Under the pieces are notes generated by a model. The model had not been told where the DNA came from, searched no databases, and saw only the letters and a program-made list of their open reading frames with translations. From a virus, in UHGV virus genome UHGV-0122456: a stretch of 14,854 nt of DNA. One strand, 5' to 3'. Below, one piece after another: positions 1 through 6,716 of the stretch (positions are counted from its first letter, which is position 1; the number at the start of each line of letters is the position of its first letter). A program made the translations under genes and the position numbers.

Positions 1-158
1 AGCTGGCGGGATGTGATATGGCACGCAAGGCTATCAAGGCGAGCTGCCATTGCTTCAGCTCTTGCCCGGCGTTCTTCCAGACGAGCCTCTGTCAGTAAAA
101 TATTAAGCCCTGCATCATCCGGTCCGGTTTTAGTCGTGAGGGTTTCAATATTACGCAT
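1..158 (-). CDS. Hypothetical phage early protein, N-terminal part only (gene runs off the window start)
   Basis: ATG at 158..156 preceded by AGGAG about 8 nt upstream on the - strand. Open frame to the window edge reads MRNIETLTTKTGPDDAGLNILLTEARLEERRARAEAMAARLDSLACHITSRQ. Same strand and operon direction as apl/cII. Confidence 0.4.
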   Translation of the reverse strand, partial: MRNIETLTTKTGPDDAGLNILLTEARLEERRARAEAMAARLDSLACHITSRQ

Positions 159-225
159 AATCAATTCTCCTGAATTTAGGTAAAGGGATACCCGGCGTGT
201 TTACGCCATGAAGTTCATTAGTTTG

Positions 226-567
226 TTAATTCGGCATGGTTAGTCGTCTGGGGAATAAGCTCACTACTGCACGAAAATGATTCATTGCTTTAATCAACTC
301 CCGCTTTTCGTCAGTGGTCAGCTCATTAATGCTGATGCTGTGACGTTCAGCTGGAATTTTTGCCATAAAGAATATGGCAGCCAGTGCCCGTTTATTTTGT
401 TCGCTATTGATATCCCGTGGATCACGCATATCTTTAATAAACCGCTCAAGCTCTGACTCAATATTCAGGCCAAAAACTTTCGCCCTTAACTCCGCAATAT
501 GATTAAGTCCATTCAGGCGTTCACCGGGGCTTAATGGAACAGTTGCTGCAGCGCCATTAATTGCCAT
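226..567 (-). CDS. Hypothetical early-operon protein (113 aa)
   Basis: Supplied ORF, co-oriented with cII/apl in the early operon, protein-like composition. Shine-Dalgarno is weak. No family recognised. Confidence 0.5.
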   Translation of the reverse strand: MAINGAAATVPLSPGERLNGLNHIAELRAKVFGLNIESELERFIKDMRDPRDINSEQNKRALAAIFFMAKIPAERHSISINELTTDEKRELIKAMNHFRAVVSLFPRRLTMPN

Positions 568-589
568 AATTCATATTCCCAAAACGCAA

Positions 590-814
590 CTATCGTTCTT
601 TGTTCTTACGGTAACGTTCAAGAGGAGATACATTTTTTCGTATCGTCTCTTTAACCTGCTCTCCCCGTAAAAACGTCCCATCCCTTAGCGTGAAAAAGTA
701 ACTGCCATCGCCCGACAACGACGGATAACAACAGAGCAAATCATCTTCAGGTACTGAATAACTCTCCCCTCTGTAACGAAACTGATAAACCACTTCACTT
801 TCCGCTGCATACAT
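590..814 (-). CDS. Hypothetical early-operon protein (74 aa)
   Basis: ATG at 814 preceded by GGAGAAAG on the - strand, a strong RBS. Overlaps the alternative ORF 685..981 in another frame. Confidence 0.45.
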   Translation of the reverse strand: MYAAESEVVYQFRYRGESYSVPEDDLLCCYPSLSGDGSYFFTLRDGTFLRGEQVKETIRKNVSPLERYRKNKER

Positions 815-981
815 TTTGACTTTCTCCGTTTCCTCGTGGTCAATTCAGACAGCAATTCATCTTGTGAATGACATGGATGCCAGCGTTTCCCATCCTCACC
901 CATGATCCAGCCGTGACCGTAGTGCATTGCCGGGCTTTGTTTTACCAGCAGCGATGCAAATGATGGTTCTTTCTTCAGCAT
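685..981 (-). CDS. Hypothetical early-operon protein (about 98 aa from the internal ATG at 981); alternative or overlapping gene call
   Basis: Internal ATG at 981 preceded by GAGGTG. The N-terminal 55 aa look protein-like, but the C-terminal part overlaps ORF 590..814 and is Cys/Arg-rich like out-of-frame sequence. May reflect a frameshift or nested gene. Confidence 0.3.
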   Translation of the reverse strand: MLKKEPSFASLLVKQSPAMHYGHGWIMGEDGKRWHPCHSQDELLSELTTRKRRKSKCMQRKVKWFISFVTEGRVIQYLKMICSVVIRRCRAMAVTFSR

Positions 982-988
982 AAGCACC

Positions 989-1498
989 TCACAGCAAACC
1001 GAATGAAGCACCGAGGCCAGTCACGGTATCAACTGCACTCACCATCGCAGGGTTAGCCTGTAAACGGGCCTGCAATGAAACAGCAGCCAGCGCCATCAGT
1101 CGTGTTACAGAGTTAATGCTGCTGATAGCATCACGACGACCTGCACTGGTTTTTACATCTCCAGATACCGCACCTGCAGCAACACGCCCGATCTCTGCGG
1201 TTGCACTCATGACGTAATGCGGCAGTTTCTCTTTTGCTACCTCATTAATCGGTACACATGGCAGGCAGTGAATCTGTGCCAGAAAACCATCTATCAGCGT
1301 TGAATCTTCAGTCAGATCGGTAAGCAGCCAGATTTCTGGCGCATTTAGCTGATGCGGTTGATCTGGGTTGAGTTTGTTTCGCAAAGTCTGGACATTCATT
1401 CCTGCACGTTCTGCCAGCTTCGCCATATTGTGACGAAGTGCAAAAGCTCTACAGGCTTCATCAAAATGCGGGTGTTTGGAAATCTTATAATCAAACAT
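989..1498 (-). CDS. cII: CII-like lysogeny-establishment transcriptional activator (phage 186 CII family)
   Basis: 169 aa. N-terminus MFDYKISKHPHFDEACRAFALRHNMAKLAERAGMNVQTLRNKLNP matches my memory of 186 CII, including an HTH-like segment. Sits immediately downstream of apl. RBS AAGGGGG before the ATG. Confidence 0.75.
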   Translation of the reverse strand: MFDYKISKHPHFDEACRAFALRHNMAKLAERAGMNVQTLRNKLNPDQPHQLNAPEIWLLTDLTEDSTLIDGFLAQIHCLPCVPINEVAKEKLPHYVMSATAEIGRVAAGAVSGDVKTSAGRRDAISSINSVTRLMALAAVSLQARLQANPAMVSAVDTVTGLGASFGLL

Positions 1499-1530
1499 GC
1501 TACCCCCTTAGAAAGTTCTCATAATTGAAC

Positions 1531-1773
1531 TTACTTACCAACAATGACGCGGAAGTTGGAATGACCGAGGGATTCACGGACCTGATCGGTTTTGTACATT
1601 AAATAACGCAGGCTTACGCGGCCTTTGTTTTTTTCTTTCTTGACCATGTATTTAGCAAGCTGACCATGGTGAATTTTTTGATACACGGAGCCGCGGGAGA
1701 TACCTTCCCATTCCGCGAACTCTGCAGGCGTAGCCATCTCTTTTGGTACACGAATTGAAATATCAGTGCTCAT
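1531..1773 (-). CDS. apl: Apl/Cox-like excisionase and switch regulator
   Basis: 80-aa basic protein, first gene of the early operon, divergent from the repressor gene. This is the position of 186 apl / P2 cox. RBS GGGAGA upstream of the ATG. Confidence 0.7.
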   Translation of the reverse strand: MSTDISIRVPKEMATPAEFAEWEGISRGSVYQKIHHGQLAKYMVKKEKNKGRVSLRYLMYKTDQVRESLGHSNFRVIVGK

Positions 1774-1892
1774 AGTGCAGTATCTCCCGATTAAGGTTTG
1801 GTTTACGTCGTTTTATCTCGTTTTACTTGATTCAATATTTGATACATCTAGATACTACGATCCAATATTTGATACGTCAACAGGATTAAAAA
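1774..1892. promoter_or_regulatory. Lysis-lysogeny switch region (early/lytic and lysogenic promoters with operator repeats)
   Basis: Intergenic between divergent apl and cI. 13-bp direct repeat CAATATTTGATAC at 1833..1845 and 1863..1875 (30 bp apart), a third GATAC at 1851..1855, and tandem CGTTTTA-type repeats at 1809..1828. Confidence 0.5.
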
Positions 1893-2525
1893 ATGATACA
1901 GGTAAAGGCTGGAGAGAATACAGGGGGAAGAGAGGCTATCCATAGACTAATGGCAGCCTATGATTTCAAGTCCAGACAGCAACTTTGCGATCACTTAGGC
2001 GCATCAAAAAGTACCATGGCAAACAGATACTTAAGAGATAGTTTTCCTGCAGAGTGGGTGATTCAGTGCGCCTTGGAAACAGGAGTTTCTTTACTGTGGC
2101 TAACCACCGGACAGGGGGAGCCAGGTTCAAACATTGAACCCAAAAAAAATATCAATTCCGTGAACTCCAGCAAGGTTATACCTCTTTCTGAACTAGTATC
2201 TCCTGAAATTGACAAGGCGACTCTCAACGGTGGTTTATTGATCGATGCTGGAAAAGCAATCATTGATAGCAGCATACTCCCCTCAAACTCAAGCAACCTA
2301 CTGCTGGTGACTACTTCTGGTGATTCTTATTTAATAGATCGCAACCAAACACCACTAGTAAATGGTATGTGGTTAGTCGATATCGACGGGATAAAAAGCA
2401 TTGTTAAATTGACTCGACTCCCGGGAAACAAATTAGTAGTGCATCAGGATGATTCATCGTTTGAGTGCGGCCTGGATGACATTGAGGTAGTAGGCCGCGC
2501 ACTGAAAATCATTAAGAGCCTTTGA
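1893..2525 (+). CDS. cI: Immunity repressor CI (phage 186 CI family)
   Basis: 210 aa. N-terminal HTH region with NRY..........CALETG..L.WL.TG.GE and C-terminal GMWLVDIDG..SI..LTRLPG.KL......FECG.DDI..VGR match my recollection of 186 CI. Directly upstream of int, as in 186/P2. Confidence 0.85.
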   Translation: MIQVKAGENTGGREAIHRLMAAYDFKSRQQLCDHLGASKSTMANRYLRDSFPAEWVIQCALETGVSLLWLTTGQGEPGSNIEPKKNINSVNSSKVIPLSELVSPEIDKATLNGGLLIDAGKAIIDSSILPSNSSNLLLVTTSGDSYLIDRNQTPLVNGMWLVDIDGIKSIVKLTRLPGNKLVVHQDDSSFECGLDDIEVVGRALKIIKSL

Positions 2526-2526
2526 T

Positions 2527-3555
2527 ATGACCATCAGAAAACAGCCGAACGGAAAATGGTTGTGTGAGTGCTATCCCAATGGACGCAATGGCAAGCGCGT
2601 GCGTAAGCAATTTGCCACGAAAGGCGAAGCCATTGCGTTTGAAAGCTTCACAATGGAAGAAGTGAATAAAAAACCGTGGTTGGGTGAAAAGGATGATCGG
2701 CGACGCCTATCAGAGTTAATTGAGCTTTGGTATTCCCTGTATGGTCAGACACTCGCAGACCCCAAGCGCCTCATGGCGAAACTTAGAATTATCTGTAATG
2801 GTCTAGGCGACCCCATCGCCTCAGAACTGACAGCCGGAGACTTTACGAAATACCGCGAAGCACGGTTAAAAGGTGACCTTCGTAACGAAGACGGCACACT
2901 AATGTCGCCAGTAAAACCACGCACGGTGAATCTTGAGCAACGTAACCTATCATCGGTTTTCGGCACATTGAAAAAACTAGGCCACTGGTCAGCACCAAAT
3001 CCTCTCGTCGGGCTGCCAACATTTAAAATCGCTGAGGGTGAACTAGCATTCCTGACCCCGGAAGAAATTAAACGCCTACTGGATGCCTGTGCTGATTCTC
3101 AGAGTCCCAGTCTGTTGATGATTGCAAAAATATGCCTAGCAACTGGTGCCCGATGGAGTGAAGCAGAAAACCTGCAAGGGCATCAGTTATCAAAATATCG
3201 CATTACTTATACCAAGACCAAAGGTAAAAAAAACCGAACCGTTCCAATATCTCAAGAACTGTATGACGAACTACCTAAAAACAGGGGGAGATTATTTACC
3301 CCATGCAGAAAATCCTTTGAGCGTGCAGTAAAGCGAGCCGGTATCGAACTGCCAGAGGGCCAGTGCACCCACGTACTGCGCCATACATTCGCCAGCCATT
3401 TTATGATGAACGGCGGAAATATACTGGTACTGCGCGATATTCTGGGCCATGCTGATATAAAAATGACGATGGTTTACGCTCACTTTGCCCCTGATCACTT
3501 GGAAGATGCTGTAACAAAAAATCCACTTTACAAATTAGACTGGAAAAAAGCATGA
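2527..3555 (+). CDS. int: Tyrosine integrase (P2/186 Int family)
   Basis: 342 aa. C-terminal catalytic region TGARWSEA ... HVLRHTFASHFMMNGGNILVLRDILGH ... MVYAHFAP with Arg, His-x-x-Arg and Tyr closely resembles P2 Int. Lies next to the att core. Confidence 0.95.
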   Translation: MTIRKQPNGKWLCECYPNGRNGKRVRKQFATKGEAIAFESFTMEEVNKKPWLGEKDDRRRLSELIELWYSLYGQTLADPKRLMAKLRIICNGLGDPIASELTAGDFTKYREARLKGDLRNEDGTLMSPVKPRTVNLEQRNLSSVFGTLKKLGHWSAPNPLVGLPTFKIAEGELAFLTPEEIKRLLDACADSQSPSLLMIAKICLATGARWSEAENLQGHQLSKYRITYTKTKGKKNRTVPISQELYDELPKNRGRLFTPCRKSFERAVKRAGIELPEGQCTHVLRHTFASHFMMNGGNILVLRDILGHADIKMTMVYAHFAPDHLEDAVTKNPLYKLDWKKA

Positions 3556-4535
3556 CCCTTTATTCATCAATTGGCATTATGTTCTATGTTGTAATGTTAA
3601 TATACATATTGTATTTAACATATAAATACAAGTGGTATTTATTAAATGAACAAAACCTTATAAAACAGAAATTATTCTGGTTATCAATCGGAATACCAGT
3701 ATTATCATTCTTTTATTTTGGGATTTTCGCATGGTGGGGCAAGGTCCCGGTGTTAAGTGCCCACGGCTATACTCGCTTTTACGAAATCAGTAAATTCCCT
3801 CTAATGCTGCTAGCCAGTTCAGTACCTCTTGGAGCTATAGTTAAGAATATTCACAGGACCATTCAAACAGAGACGCAGCTTTCAAGGACAGAGCATCAAA
3901 TAGAGCTGGTAAAAGCAAAAAATAAATCTGATTCATTTTATGCCCACCAGAAGAGTTATGCCGATATTTTTAAAACTGTCCCTTCATTTATCGTTAGTAG
4001 AGAGTTTACCGAACACGATGATGGAAAAAAATATATAGAACCTTCCATTTCTCACCCTTATATTCTTTACATGAATATTTTTACAAAATCCTCTATTGAA
4101 GAAGGCTATAGCAAAGAAATAAGTTCATTATTTATGGGTAGAGTTCAAGATTATTATAAGAATATCAACAAAGCTATTAAAAGCTGTTACAACAAAGAGA
4201 CTTCTTATGATATCCAAGTGATTTCCCTTCAAATGCTCGAAATCAATATTATCCAACTTTGCAGAGAATTAGGGATCGACTATCGATATGAAAAACATGA
4301 GTTTATTCTTTTTGACTCCATTGAAGAAAAACCCTTCACCACTTCTTTCTCTGATGAAAAACAAATAAAGCAAATGGTCACTGGATTGCGCGAGCTGTTA
4401 GTTCATGTTTATATGCTGATTGGCTTAAGCCCTGAGGTCTTCCAAACGCCAAAAGGGCTATGGGACTTTATCCCTGACTATGGCAATGATTGCTCTAAGC
4501 TCTACCCAGCAATTCTACCTGCTGATAGGAATTAG
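3552..4535 (+). CDS. AT-rich cargo gene: membrane protein of unknown function (327 aa)
   Basis: ATG at 3552 overlaps the int stop as ATGA. Two to three N-terminal hydrophobic helices (about residues 7-24, 41-62, 82-97) followed by a roughly 230-aa K/E/Y/S-rich soluble domain. DNA is much more AT-rich than the flanking phage genes. No family recognised. Confidence 0.75.
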   Translation: MTLYSSIGIMFYVVMLIYILYLTYKYKWYLLNEQNLIKQKLFWLSIGIPVLSFFYFGIFAWWGKVPVLSAHGYTRFYEISKFPLMLLASSVPLGAIVKNIHRTIQTETQLSRTEHQIELVKAKNKSDSFYAHQKSYADIFKTVPSFIVSREFTEHDDGKKYIEPSISHPYILYMNIFTKSSIEEGYSKEISSLFMGRVQDYYKNINKAIKSCYNKETSYDIQVISLQMLEINIIQLCRELGIDYRYEKHEFILFDSIEEKPFTTSFSDEKQIKQMVTGLRELLVHVYMLIGLSPEVFQTPKGLWDFIPDYGNDCSKLYPAILPADRN

Positions 4536-4651
4536 CAATGGCGACAACTTGGCGGCAGAGCATTAAAAATGTGTAAAACCGACAAAAACAAAATAACACT
4601 AACGTACTGTTTTAAAACATAAATATATGTTTTTATTATAGTCAAAATGGT

Positions 4652-4696
4652 ATGTAGGAATTTCGGACGCGGGTTCAACTCCCGCCAGCTCCACCA
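4652..4696 (+). other. attP core: about 45-bp copy of the 3' end of the tmRNA gene ssrA (tRNA-like T-arm and acceptor CCA end); not a complete RNA gene
   Basis: ATGTAGGAATTTCGGACGCGGGTTCAACTCCCGCCAGCTCCACCA matches the 3' terminus of enterobacterial ssrA as I remember it. No ssrA 5' portion lies upstream; upstream is AT-rich phage DNA. Confidence 0.8.
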
Positions 4697-4706
4697 AATA
4701 AAACAA

Positions 4707-4739
4707 GGGGTTACGTGAAAGCGTAGCCCCTTTTTCTTT
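4707..4739 (+). terminator. Rho-independent terminator just 3' of the att core
   Basis: Stem GGGGTTACG (4707-4715) pairs with CGTAGCCCC (4722-4730), 9 bp with one G-U, loop TGAAAG, then TTTTTCTTT. An A-rich tract upstream makes it potentially bidirectional. Confidence 0.6.
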
Positions 4740-4819
4740 GGTAGTGGCGGCAAAATGGCGACAGGCTTTTGCGTCTTTCTTGCCTGTCGCCCTCTTGAAA
4801 TCATGCAAAGAGGTTTCAC

Positions 4820-5302
4820 ATGGAAGAACTTCACTTTGTTTACATCAATGCAAATGGTCGTATCGGAGTTCACTCAATACAGAGCATCAGTTATAGCGAA
4901 AATCATATACAGGGCATTTGTAAGAACACCGATCGAATAAAAACCTTCCGAAAAGACCGCATTCTTAAACAGTACGATTCACCAGAACAAGCCATTCAGG
5001 AATGCGCGTCATTCCTCCCCGAAAACTACTCACATCTCACTAAGCAGTCTGGTCCGAAAAAAAATACATTCGATGTGTGTTTCACCGGATTTAAGAAAGC
5101 AGATAAAGAAAGATTGGTTGATAAGGCGAATGAACAAGGATTAACGGTAAGAACCTCTGTAACCCAAAGCCTTCAGATGCTCTGTTGCGGTTACAATGCT
5201 GGCCCATCAAAAGTATCGGCAGCCAGGATGAAAGGCACAATCATCATAGATGAGCCTGGCTTTATACATTTTCTTGAAACGGGTGAGATCCCAGATGAAT
5301 AA
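4820..5302 (+). CDS. Small cargo protein with C-terminal BRCT-like domain (160 aa)
   Basis: RBS AAGAGG 7 nt before the ATG. C-terminal about 80 aa (DVCFTGF...RLV...GLTV..SV...L.CCGYNAGPSKVSAARMKGTIIIDEPGFIHFL) follows the pattern of the LigA C-terminal BRCT domain. N-terminal 60-aa domain unassigned. Confidence 0.7.
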   Translation: MEELHFVYINANGRIGVHSIQSISYSENHIQGICKNTDRIKTFRKDRILKQYDSPEQAIQECASFLPENYSHLTKQSGPKKNTFDVCFTGFKKADKERLVDKANEQGLTVRTSVTQSLQMLCCGYNAGPSKVSAARMKGTIIIDEPGFIHFLETGEIPDE

Positions 5303-5330
5303 AAACCTGCCGTAGCAGGTTCTCTTTCTC
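5303..5330. terminator. Bidirectional terminator between the convergent BRCT-like gene and ogr
   Basis: Hairpin ACCTGC-CGTA-GCAGGT (5305-5320), flanked by AAAAA upstream and TCTCTTTCTC downstream. Confidence 0.5.
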
Positions 5331-5547
5331 AAAAATTCATATGCCCCTGACCACCTGGCAATGGATGTGGAGGAGCAGTAGCAATCAGTGCGGGTGTCAC
5401 AATAAACCTGACCACTGTTTCATGGGTAACAAAAGTGCTCCCGCAGTTAATATTTTGGCACTGGCAGTAACGCTCTTTGGTGCTTTCAGTTACTTGAAAA
5501 CTGCTCCTTGTGTGTGCCGCATGACCACACTTTGGACAATTCATCAT
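5329..5547 (-). CDS. ogr: Ogr/B-type zinc-finger late-gene transcriptional activator
   Basis: MMNCPKCGHAAHTRSSF...YCQCQNINCGSTF has the Cys4 motif and about 72-aa length of P2 Ogr. I start it at the internal Met (5547 or 5544), not the 87-aa ORF start at 5592. Confidence 0.85.
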   Translation of the reverse strand: MMNCPKCGHAAHTRSSFQVTESTKERYCQCQNINCGSTFVTHETVVRFIVTPALIATAPPHPLPGGQGHMNF

Positions 5548-5615
5548 ATCCAGATCCCTACCTTTGCTATCAGAATCATTGTAATGATACACATAATATC
5601 AATATTGAGAACACT

Positions 5616-6716
5616 TTATTCCATTTCAAGATCATCAATCTTCACTTCGAGTTCAATACTGGTTGTAAAACCGTTATCCGGGCTGACGGTATGTGTCAGA
5701 GTCGTAATGGTCCATTCCGCATCATCTATCGGCTGTTTAAAACCACTGACTTTCACTGGCATTTCCGTGTAGAGATCTGCCCGACCTTCCGCCAGTTGTA
5801 GCGAGAATGACGCAACGCCGCGTTGCAGGCGTTCCCACTGCATTTTCGCCGCTCGTTCGGCGTTGCTCCGGTTGGCATAAGTGCGATTAAGTACCAGCAC
5901 GTTTTCATCCGTACCCACCAGGTAATCGCCCTGCTTCGCTTCCGTCTCTTTCTTCTGCTTCTTAGTCCTGCGCTTACGCTTCACCGTGGTGCTTTCTTTC
6001 TTCGAGGGTTCGCGAGTATGCAACCAGCTGGCAATTACGCCCGTGTAAGCTCCGCGATCTGCCAGGGTAAAGCGGTGACTGTCGCCGTCCTTACGTGTGA
6101 TAGTGATCACCGGTAGTGGTTTACCGCTGGCGCTTTTACCCTGTCCCTGTCGGATGAATAACAGATTGCCATTTTTCACCGACGCAATAGCACCGTACTG
6201 GCGCGCCAACCGCATCAGAAAACTGCCGTCACTCTCATTGGTCTGGTCTATATGTTCCACGGGTTTATCTGACAGGTCTTTACCCAATGTCATCTTCAGT
6301 TTGTGCCGCGCAGCTATTTCCTTCACCACTTCCCCAACGGTGGTCTTGTGCCACGACTTTTCACGGCGGGTATTCAGCGTTTCACGAAAATCAGCACTTC
6401 GCGCCCGGATAGTCAGGCGGTCCGGTGCGCCAGTGTGTTCAATCTCGTCCACCGTGAATGTCCCTTTCGGGAAAAGCGGCTGCCCCTTCCAGCCCAGCGC
6501 CAGCGTAATGACCGCACCACGGCGCGGCAGCACGATTTTTCCGTCGGCGTCGTCCAGCTCCAGATCAAGCTGGTCCGCGTCAAAGCCCCGATTGTCCGTC
6601 AACGTCAGACTCATCAGACGGTTATCCAGCACAGTAGTGATATCCCTGCCCTCAATACTGATGCTGAATGCGGGAGTTTTGTTGCCTTTGTTAAGCAGTT
6701 CAGAGCTGAAATTCAC
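5616..6716 (-). CDS. D: Tail protein D (late control gene D family)
   Basis: 366 aa, in the P2 gpD position between U and ogr. 4-bp overlap with U. Confidence 0.85.
   Translation of the reverse strand: MNFSSELLNKGNKTPAFSISIEGRDITTVLDNRLMSLTLTDNRGFDADQLDLELDDADGKIVLPRRGAVITLALGWKGQPLFPKGTFTVDEIEHTGAPDRLTIRARSADFRETLNTRREKSWHKTTVGEVVKEIAARHKLKMTLGKDLSDKPVEHIDQTNESDGSFLMRLARQYGAIASVKNGNLLFIRQGQGKSASGKPLPVITITRKDGDSHRFTLADRGAYTGVIASWLHTREPSKKESTTVKRKRRTKKQKKETEAKQGDYLVGTDENVLVLNRTYANRSNAERAAKMQWERLQRGVASFSLQLAEGRADLYTEMPVKVSGFKQPIDDAEWTITTLTHTVSPDNGFTTSIELEVKIDDLEME

Noticed and set aside
2063-3498. Small ORFs inside cI and int (2063..2296 -, 2745..2966 -, 3146..3331 +, 3292..3498 -)
   Set aside because: They are nested within or antisense to the repressor and integrase reading frames, with no independent signals.
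4652-4696. Possible complete tRNA or tmRNA gene
   Set aside because: Only the 3' about 45 nt (T-arm and acceptor end) are present. Upstream sequence is AT-rich phage DNA with no tmRNA 5' end or body, so this is an att core and not an RNA gene.
4532-4873. ORFs on the - strand (4532..4873 and 4599..4808) spanning the att core
   Set aside because: They run antisense through the tmRNA-derived core and both terminator hairpins, have no RBS, and their products are low-complexity. They are read-through frames across a non-coding region.
5548-5592. Longer 87-aa start for ogr (MYHYNDSDSKGRDLDMMNCPKCG...)
   Set aside because: Ogr-family proteins are about 72 aa and start just before the first Cys pair. 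The extra 15 codons are probably untranslated leader, so the start is placed at the internal Met.
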